Of a stretch of 36,823 bases of DNA, positions 24,699 through 34,458 are shown piece after piece (the first letter of the stretch is position 1; each line of letters opens with the position of its first letter). The translations under genes and the position numbers were made by a program. The stretch comes from Catajapyx aquilonaris (Eukaryota), in contig KZ539006.1 of NCBI GenBank assembly GCA_000934665.2, forward strand, positions 1-36,823, written 5' to 3'. The notes under the pieces were generated by a model. The model was not told the origin of the DNA. It ran no database searches and saw only the letters and a program-made list of their open reading frames with translations.

Positions 24699-24902
24699 TA
24701 CTATAACACGCAAAAAGATTGCCGCACTGTAGCCATGTGGTGTTCGCGACTTTTTTGTTTACCCTCCTGCCGCAAGGGTCGTTGCGGGATGACGGTGTTT
24801 GGGGCGATTCTACGGCAACGACCCTTGCGGCAGGAGGGCAAACAAAAAAAGTCGCGAACACCACACGGATACAATGCGGCAATCTTTTTGCGTGTTATAG
24901 TA
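24699..24902. mobile_element. Young palindromic MITE with TA flanks (Tc1/mariner-superfamily style)
   Basis: Arms 24701-24785 and 24815-24900 differ by 4 substitutions and one T indel. TA flanks both ends. Confidence 0.9.
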
Positions 24903-26594
24903 TTATATAGGTAGGTAGGTTTCAATGCAAAATGACCCATATACGTATATGTTCGAAATATTGCATTTCGCTTATTACAGTACGCTATGACGTAAAATAA
25001 TATAAAACGACCAGTAGCACTGCCTTGTAATAACTTACAGTGTGTTATACCACCGTCCATTATAGCTAATGATGGTATTACTCCCATACAGTATTCCTGC
25101 GAGTAACCGAGTAACTATAGTGTCTACAAACATTCCTTCAGATGTTTATTGCCGCTATAAATCAGGACGTAAGTTATTGGCGGAAGGCAGCATATCGAAT
25201 AGGTTGCAAGTGAGTCGTTGAATGTGCATACAGCCAGATCGAATGGAAGTCATAATTCCCATTCAACCTATTGAATGCAATGTACAGTATATATATGCAG
25301 TGCGCATCACGCAAGGCTTCACATATCAGCTACAAAATGTTACAGTAGAATTTACTGATGCGAAAATTCGGTATATAACACACCTTGAAGTTGTTGCTAA
25401 TTAGTTACAAACAGTCTTGCCAACGTCTGGCTTTCCGAGGCCCATGCACATCACACTCAATTCGTTGATAATATTCACGACTTCACGTTGGCAAAACCCG
25501 GCATGAAAATTCAGCGAAGGAAACGAGCAGAAAAATGAACCGAGTCCGTGAGTTATTAGCGGTTCGCATCTGGTTAATCCAGGCCCAGCACCGCTTTTGT
25601 CTCTTCCAACGCCGACATGAAAAGGTGTTAATTAAGACTACTTTGATGTGGGGTGGGCACACCTTGACTTCTTTTTTTTTTCCTTTCTTTCTTTCATGCA
25701 CCGCTGTTTTCTAAATCCGCCATCAGGGGGCTAATCTCGCAGAAAATGGGGGCACACAAAATATACAGTGTATGTCATCTGACTGGAATTTGCGTGCGCT
25801 CCATTATGTTAAATCTGAATGCAAAGCACCTGGCGAAATATCTGGGGCATGGCACCGACCGCCATTGTTACGAATTAATGACGCCTCCTGTGATCGCAGC
25901 TGTCAATTCCTGCAATTACTGGTGCCTTGTGACGATGGCACACTTTTTTTTCTCATATAAGTATGAAAACAATATGGTAGGAATGCCTGTCCTTCGACGG
26001 TGAATACCCATATATGAGATTGTTGGAGCATCTTTTTTTCCGCGAGCTCAGATCCCTTGTTGACGCTAATCGCTCAACTTCCTTTTGTTCTCAAAGTTTT
26101 AGCTATGCAATGTGAGAAGCATGTCCTGCACTTTTTTCTCTTTTCCCTTATGGCGCTTCGAAGGCATGTCAAAACTGATCCTTTTGTTCGGCCGCCAAGT
26201 CGCCACAAAAGACATCGATGGCGCCTGTCCAATTGGTCAAGTCGCCTGCCATAACAATTAAAACGATGACAAAAAAAGGGGGACGATGTTGAGCTTCCAA
26301 TGCTATATACAAAAACCTATACAGGTGACGGATGAACTACAATTCCTAATGGCGGTTCGATTTTTTTTTTTCATCCACAGCGAACAGTTCCGGGGAGAGC
26401 ATTCATGTAAATTGCTTCCATCAAACGGATCGCCCCCCTGATGACGAGCTGGTGTCACCGGCTTCCCCATTCCTTCGTCCTCGGTAATGGTCCCCGACCC
26501 CCCCTCGCTTTGCAATTCGGCAACTCTCAGACAGATTGTCATACGCACCGCACCGTCACGGAACCCGCAAAAAAAACGTGCAAATTCGCACCCT

Positions 26595-26784
26595 TAATGG
26601 CGACCATGCTTCAAAATTTGGCAATAGATGGCTCTGACGATGACGTAACTCTCAGCTCCATCTATTGGCCATATTAGTATACAAAAAACGCTAATAATGG
26701 CGACCGCGCTTCAAATTTTGCCACTAGATGGCGCTGGTGATCACATGACTACCAACGCCATAATTTTAAAGCGCGGTCGCCATT
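26595..26784. repeat. Tandemly duplicated (100-bp period) palindromic module with CTCF-like and YY1-like motifs
   Basis: TAATGGCGACC..GCTTCAAA.TTTG.CA.TAGATGGC.CTG at 26595 and 26695. Perfect 16-bp inverted repeat AATGGCGACCGCGCTT at 26696-26711 / 26769-26784. Confidence 0.85.
26721..26735 (+). promoter_or_regulatory. CTCF consensus motif
   Basis: CCACTAGATGGCGCT matches the CCASYAGRKGGCRS core exactly. Confidence 0.55.
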
Positions 26785-27003
26785 TTTGACTCATATGTCG
26801 CTGATATTCACACGCAGCCAGTAAATCTCGCTACTGATCCCCCCTAGACATGAATCCCTGCTACAGACTCCCGCCTGAGGAGTTCAACAGATTATTGTCT
26901 CGAGTCCTAGCTGGCAAGAACGGGGGAAAAAGGAGACGAAGAAGAAGAAGGAGAAAAAAAATCTGTCCTTTTTCCACTTCCCCCCATCGCGTCTCCCCCC
27001 CCC

Positions 27004-27141
27004 NNNNNNNNNNNNNNNNNNNNNNNNNNNNNNNNNNNNNNNNNNNNNNNNNNNNNNNNNNNNNNNNNNNNNNNNNNNNNNNNNNNNNNNNNNNNNNNNN
27101 NNNNNNNNNNNNNNNNNNNNNNNNNNNNNNNNNNNNNNNNN
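27004..27141. other. Assembly gap (N run) inside a poly-C tract
   Basis: Continuous Ns flanked by C runs on both sides. Confidence 0.99.
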
Positions 27142-28617
27142 CCCCCCCCCCCCAAACAAAAATTTTTCAGCTCAACAATTAGCAACCATTGTTGTCAGAG
27201 CAGGGCAAAGGGGGGGTTGTCTGATAGGCATCGTCACAACACCCCCCTGGAAAAGTCGCAGGCTGCCAAACAGACGCCTTTACGCGCTGTTTTATGGGTA
27301 ATAACCGACGGCGCCTGCATTCCCCTTGTGACCTGCACGTTTTCGCTCATTTGCCAAATTTGACTTGGCTCTCCCCGCTTCCATATCCACACTTTACATC
27401 GCATAAAAGCCACCCCCCAGGAAACACCAGTCGCACACAAAAAAATGGGCACATACGCACTGATTTTTATATGCGACACACATACGCTCGCACTCTTGAA
27501 ACCCGAGTGTGAGACACTGCTATAAAAGTCGAGCCTAAAACAATTTTTTAAAAAAAACAAGAACTCAGATAACCTTGACTTTGTGGCTCTGGTTTCCATC
27601 ATAGTAGCCTTTTACCTCATGTTTCAAGTGATCCGATACCATGTATTTGTCTCCGTAAAAGACGCTGCATCATCAAAAAAATGGTTCGAGACGTCAAAAC
27701 AAAGTGTTACGTAGTTAGTGCAAACGATTCAGTTCACTTCAGGCGCGCCCAATGGTTATATCACCTGGGCCTATTTTTCTCTACGTCTGCCAAATTCCAT
27801 GACCACTTCCTCACCCTCTAGAATTAGCATCCGAAACAAGCTCGCTTTACCATCGCCCCCCCCCCCCCCATGAAACACTAGATGCAAAATTGGCGGAATT
27901 GCTTTATGCCACACCCTGCACGTTTACTACAATCGCGATAATAAACGCTGGGTGGCTTTGTACACAAGCTTAGTGCATTGTTTAAGTTGGATGCGATCCC
28001 AGTCATGTCGGGTCTTCTAAAGCCAAATTGGCAACGCTGGATCATGCGCGCGCAAGGGTTTGCAATCCTTAGGAGTTTTCCTTGGAATCCGACGGAATTT
28101 CCTGGAAGATTCCAACCTGCTTCGGATTCCTGATATCGACCAAAAGACAGCATCAGATTCCCTGGATTTTTACCCTTGACGAAATATGACCAAGAAGCAC
28201 GTATCAAAAATAGTGTTTTGGCCATTCCCCCCCTCACAGTTACATACTTGGAATTTACAACCCTTTAATTGATGATGGCTTGAACAAACGGCGTATATGA
28301 TTTTTACATACATTTTATTACAAAAGATGTTTTTTCTGGATTATATCCAAAGCATTCCGAGTGAAGATAACGCCCTTTTTGCATTTTTATGCGTGCAGTC
28401 CATTCAGGAACAACTTTACAAGTGCGTACCGGATCTATTACTTCGTGGATTTATGGACGATTTATGTGCATAAAAATCTGGTTTCATAATAAATTGAAAA
28501 AAATGGCGCTTTTTCTACACGTGAAAATTTTTATCCTGGAAGTTAGACTGTCTTCTGCACAGTTAAGCAATGCTCATTGCTCTGAATATCAAGGATAAAA
28601 CTGCTACAATCTCCAAT

Positions 28618-28750
28618 AAAACTGCAAGCTCAATTTGCTGTACTATTATTACAGTTTCAAATAAATAAAAATAAATTGCAAGCTCAATTTGCTGTATAGG
28701 CCTACTCTTATTACAGTCTCAGAAAAATTGCAAGCTCAGTTTAACTATTA
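28618..28750. repeat. Short direct repeat, about 2.5 copies of 52-54 bp
   Basis: TGCAAGCTCA at 28623, 28677 and 28729; shared ATTTGCTGTA and TTATTACAGT in the first two copies. Confidence 0.85.
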
Positions 28751-29956
28751 CTGTGTACACGAATTTTAATTTTATTTTATCAGCGTTACTTTCCCTATGT
28801 GAAATATTATGTATATTTTTATTAACCTGAAAATCTGAGCCTCATGAAGTCTTGCTGTCAATACTAGGCAATCCCATAATAATTGGTGGCTCAAATACAA
28901 TCGTCAAAAGCTCTTTCGTGTTACTTAACATCATCAAATCCAGCTCAGAAAGATGCAATCCGTCCTATTTCTAGCTTCAAATTTTTTGTTATTGCGATTC
29001 CAAAATCCGCGCACACCGCTTATTAAACAGCACATAAATAGCCAGAAATATTACAAAACCTCCTTCTGTTGCGTTAGGTGCATCATGCAAGGTTCCATTA
29101 TTGCATATATGGAGTGAGAGAGAAAAAATAATAATAATTGCAAACGTGTCGAAAAGGCTCAACAATTTCCCACAATCTCCAGCCTTGTACTTGCTCTATT
29201 TGGGGTGTAATAAAAACCTTGTAGTTTTTTTTTACGAAATAGTAGTAGATTGGAAGGTCAGGATAGAAAAAAAAAAGGTTTTCTCTCCCCCCCATGTTGG
29301 CAGCACGCAGAGGGCACATCTCAAGCCTAAACGAGAATGGATTTATTTCAACCCTCACATCGCGTGCAGCCCAGCCATCAGATCCGTTTAGGTGATTTCA
29401 TTACTCAAACACTTACTTCGGAAGTGTCACGTCACAAAACTACATGAATCAATCCTTGATTGAAGGCTTCATTCATGTGACAATCCGGCAGGGAGTCTCT
29501 ATTATTCTTGTCCAATAACCTTTTTATCCAGGGGAATAAAAATGGAGGATTGTATGCTAAAACGGGGGGGGGAATAGTTTTGTGTGTGTGCGTGTGTCTC
29601 TCTCTAGAGAGAAAGAGATTCAAGGTAAATGTGACAAGTGTTTTAAAATGTGGTGTGTCGGGTTTTCCGTATCAGACGTCGACAAGGTCAGGAGCAGCAC
29701 CTTCGTATACGTAAGCGTCAAACCATGACCATCAGGGCTGGGTCGCAAGGTCGACCAGGTTCCTCGAAACGTCAAGCGTTAAAAATTCCTTTGAAACAAT
29801 CGATTCAGTTAAGATTTGTAGAAAAAAAAAAATATGGGTCAATCTAGCGTCATAATTTCAGATGACATTTTTTTGGAGCCACCAAGTTAAATTAAATTAA
29901 ATTTTCTCGCATTATGCAGGTAAATTTATGCCTAATGTGAACAGGTTTCATGTTTC

Positions 29957-30152
29957 ATAATTTGTGAAATAATTGTAACTGGTAATTTGTCAAAAATGTG
30001 GCTGATAATTTGTCCAAAAATGTGACTGATAAATTGTGAAAAAATGGCGACTGATAGACCTAATACCAAATGGGAAAAATTGTGACTGATATAATATATT
30101 TGCCAAAAATTGTGCCATAATTTGTCACAACATTGTGACATCACATAATTTG
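29957..30152. repeat. Degenerate AT-rich minisatellite (~23-24 bp, consensus about ATAATTTGTCAAAAATGTGACTG)
   Basis: Recurrent ATAATTTGT and TGTGACTGATA words. Confidence 0.75.
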
Positions 30153-32097
30153 CGTAAATTATATTGAATGTGAGTCTAAAATTGCCTATAAAAATATATT
30201 AACTCCCCAAACTTTCGTCATAACCACTGACCAATACCATCAGTCCGAAAACTCAATCTCAATAATCTGCAACTGAAATATTGCAAAAAGTAAACCCCCC
30301 CCCTCGCATATTTTCTCAATCGACTTCCATCCCCCCCTTTAAAAAAAAACACTAACATTCTCCAATCAGAAACTTTGCCCTCCCCTCACAGTAAATTCCT
30401 TGATCCAATTAAATGCTAACGAACTAGGTGACACGAGATTTGGGCAAAAGAAATGTCTGGCATGGAAGCAGTTTAGTGACTTTGAGGGGGGGAGTGGTTT
30501 TTCGGTTCGATTCTGGTCTTGAGGACCCCAAAAAGAAGGTTTACAACTTTTTTTTTTGCACCCTTCAAGCGACGTAGTTAGTCGATTCCTGGATAAAAAC
30601 CAGTGTGAAAAAAATATATTTCTATCCAATTCTTCTCCCCCCCCCCTCACTCCACCTCACTTTATATACAGCTCTGTGCGCGGATTACGGGGCCTCCCAC
30701 CAGATCAATCTCGCATTAATGATGTCGGGTGTCAGACCGGAAGAATTTATGACAACAAAACGAAGGCTCCGACCCTGAGCCTTGCACTCCGTTCTTGGAA
30801 CCTGGCCAATTCGACAACACCAAACCCCCCAACTCTCCAAAGCTAGAAACGACAACTTTTGTGAACCCCCCAAGAAAAGGCGTGGTCCTTCCCCCCCAAA
30901 AAATGCGTAAAAAAAATTAGATGAGATTCGGAAGCACCAATTTTTTTCTCTCGAAAAGTTTGAGAGTACATGTGTAGGTTTAAAACCGGAAAAACGGTTT
31001 TGCCCCCCCACCCCACCTCACCTCCTTAAGACCCCTACCCCACTCTTGTCTTTTCCTCTTCCTCAGGGTTGTCCATCAAGGACACTAGAGGCTCCCACCT
31101 CTTATGGAGGCTGCTTCTAGGGAGGAAGGAATGCAATAAAAAAAATATATGCAACACCAAATACTTCCGCAGTCGGAAAATATTAGTTATCTGTTAATCC
31201 CCGTGTAATCAATTAGAGCGCTTTAGTATGATAACTTCCCTAGACAGCCACACCTGGAAACTAGCCTGACTAGCTAATTAAACTGTCCCGAGTAGACAGG
31301 CCCCATCAGGTCGCATTACAACACACAAACTATGTTACTTGACGCATCCAGAAAATTTTCCCCTGGCGTGCTCTTGGTTTCATAAGTTAGCGAGATACAT
31401 ATCTGAATATATAAATTTTTCTATACAAGACACCACAAGGCCGTGCTGTAAAAAGGTTTGCGTTTCATCTTATTTTTGCAAAAATTATCTCGATCATTGC
31501 AGCGCACTTTGTGTTCTTTTTTTTTTTTCCTAACTGGAAGCCAAACTCTCTTAGCCGGATTTACCCCAACGCCAAACCAACCCCCAAGAGGCACCTCCGA
31601 GCCCCCGATCCAAGATCAAAAATAGGCCTACCGTGGCGAAATAGCGAATATATATTGGCAATGTTTACACTACCCTTGCCCACACTAACTAGTAACACTA
31701 TCTGGCCAACTTGAAGCAAAATGGTCACTCATAAAGTCCCCCCTCCCCATCTGAATAATAAATCTCAATTCCCATGAATTGCACTTTTTAACCTCAAAAA
31801 AAACCTCTTCGAGTCTGCCTTCTTTTTTTTGCCAATTTTTTTTCCTACTAGTTGCAGCCAGTCTCGTGATGACGCGGGGTAATAAGTTCCATTGGCCAAG
31901 GTCCAGAGTACGCCCTCGCATATTCACGTGCAAATCAAACTCTTCGCCATGACTATATATCTGGGCGATAAAAGGCAGCTGCAACCCTATTTCGAAACCA
32001 GGACTGGGCAGCAAGTGTGCCACAGTCCACCACTGACTAGGGCAACAACAAAAAACCGGCTAATAACAAAAAACAACGAGCCAAAAACCGCGAATAA

Positions 32098-32800
32098 CTG
32101 TTAAAATCGCAGTTAGTGCCACTGTTACAAATCGCAGTTAGGGTCGGTGTTAAAATCGCAATTAGGGTAACCCGCACTAAAATAGCAGTTAGGACGAGTT
32201 AGGATCACTGGTGAAAATAACAGTTAGGGTCACTGTTACAAATAGCAGTTATAGTAACTGTTACAGATAGCAGTTAGGGTCAGTGTTGAAAAGCGCAGTT
32301 AGGGTTACTTACAATCACAGCTAGCGTCAAGGGTGAAAATTACAATTAGGGCGAATTAGGGTCACTTGCGAAAAATTGTAGTTAGGGTTACTGTTGAAAA
32401 TAGAAGTCAGGGCTACTTAAAAATCGCAGTTAGCGTCACCGTTGAAACTCGCAGATAGGGCCACTAGTGAAAATCACAGTAGTAGGGACTGGTGAAAAGT
32501 CGCAGTTAGGGTCATTGTCAAAAATATATCCGGGTTACTTAAAATCGCAGATAAGGCCGTTGGTGAAAAATCGCAGTTATGGTTACTTTAAATAGCAGTT
32601 AGGGTCACTGGTGAAAATCACAGCTAAAAATCGCAGATAGGGCAACTAGTGAAAATCACAGTTAGGGAAACTTGTGAAAATCACAATTAGGGTCACTGGT
32701 GAAAAGTCACAGTTACGGGTTACTGTTAAAATAGCCGTCAGGGTTACTCTTGAATATCGCAGTTAGGGTCACTTGAAAATCGCGGCTACAAATCGCAGTT
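32098..32800. repeat. Degenerate ~25-27-bp minisatellite containing TTAGGG (consensus about AAAATCGCAGTTAGGGTCACTGKTG)
   Basis: Many recurrences of AAAT(C/A)(G/A)CAGTTAGGG over ~700 bp. Confidence 0.92.
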
Positions 32801-34276
32801 TGTTAACCGCTCTTTGGCCCTAAACCTGACCGTTCCGTGCCTTTCCCTGTCCCGTGTGGGCCCATATAGCAGACATTGAGTCTGTGTATTCAACTCAAAA
32901 TTGATGCGGTCGGGCACATCGGCGCATGTAGTATATAGAAAAGGTTTGGCAAAAGGATCCGGGGGAATATAGGTCAAGCCGGCTGGTGCCTGTGCTCCCA
33001 ATCCTTTTTCCGCAGGAATATCGTGGAGGGGGAAGGAGGAAGGGAGGAGGAAGGGAAAGAAAACCGTACACTGAAAGGGAAAAGGTCCCCCGCCAGACTC
33101 CACCTCTCTTCACGGGCCATTTAACATGAAAAGTGGCAACGTCTCCAAGGCATCTCTGTGGGTGTCCCGACTTGTAACCATATTCAACTTCCACAACACC
33201 CCCACCATACCCCTACCCTTAGATTCTTTCGGGGGAAAAAATGCAAATTCACATACTTCTGAACATTGGTATTGAGAATAATTTTTTGGATAGGTCTAAT
33301 AATATTGGCGGAGTCTCCTCCTAAAATCACAGCAAGGTCTAATTGAAAGCGGTTGAAGCGCCAGAACCTTGTAGCGAAGGACAACTAGTGAAGCACGTTG
33401 CGCATTTTGATCATCTAGACAGCATGAGAGGGGGGGGGGAAGTATATGTAAAAAAATGTACTTCCTAGAAGAACTTTTGCCTTGTTCGTCGTCGCATTGA
33501 AAAATTTGTGTAGAATTAATCTAAATAAATTGTCTCACCTGAAGGTATGTCCCTCTTCCCCACCAAAAAGGGGGGGCGAAATTAAGCCCTTCGCCTATGT
33601 GCTACCCTCTGTATCCTGTAATAATGTGCAATAACTCATGACATGCCATGCCATGCATTGCCGAGCTTCCCCCCCAAAAAAAAGTAGCCCGTACTATACA
33701 TGGCATGCATTACCGTCTACATGCCGCATGCACTGGGGGTCCTCCAGCACAGTGCAGGCGCAAGATTATATTACTAACCAGAGAGAGATGGGTGCAGTGG
33801 ATAGGGTCGGGGGTGGGGGGATTTGCAACATCCCAACCCTGGATGGCGGGGATTTTTCGGCTGACTGATGGAAACGACCCGACATTTTTTTTCGGGGGGG
33901 GATAGAGGCAGAGAGAGAGAGAGAACCCCTCTTGCTGCCTGTACTTGGAAGCCGCCTCGTTCAAGTCCGTTACGCCCAATGAGGTTACACCCCATACCCA
34001 ACTACACACTCTCGCCCCCCCCAGTATACACGGGGCTGCAGACTATATTAGCCCCCCCTGCAACCCACTTGGAGAATAACTGTACTTTAATTTAAATCCG
34101 GGTTGATGAGTGCTCCCCAGCATGGCAGAAATGGTCTAGCCACCGGAGTTATGCGCTCACCAGTTTTTTTTTGGGTGCAAAATGAAATCAATTGCATGTC
34201 AAAACTTGTTCTTCATGTTCCATGGTAAAGTATAAGCCAGAATTGCCCGGAAAAATCATACATTTTAGTCATTTTT

Positions 34277-34458
34277 TTAAAAAAGTGCAGCAAGTAAGTT
34301 TCAGCACTCTCAGTAGTCCGAAAGGGGGTGAGGTAGCCCAGACATACGGACAAAATGTCCGCTTTATAATATGGTGTGCCAAAAATTTCAGCGCTCTCAG
34401 TAGTTCAAAAGTGTGTTAGGTAGCCTTAACATACAGACAAGCTTTTATTATATAAGAT
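34277..34458 (-). mobile_element. Helitron-like family D copy with a tandemly duplicated terminal ~88-bp segment
   Basis: TCAGCACTCTCAGTAGTCCGAAAG.. (34301) is repeated as TCAGCGCTCTCAGTAGTTCAAAAG.. (34388). Minus strand starts A|TCTTATATAATAAAAG at 34458. Confidence 0.6.

Noticed and set aside
24682..25087. Near-identical ORFs on opposite strands (MPHC...VVFATF...KKVANTT)
   Set aside because: A direct consequence of the palindromic MITE at 24699-24902
28389..28598. Peptide IKIWFHNK resembling homeodomain helix 3 (IKIWFQNRR)
   Set aside because: No helix 1/2 similarity upstream, the invariant RR is absent and there is no convincing acceptor immediately before it; likely chance in AT-rich DNA
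32098..32800. Interstitial telomere or chromosome fusion site
   Set aside because: TTAGGG never occurs in tandem or head-to-head; it is one word within a longer monomer
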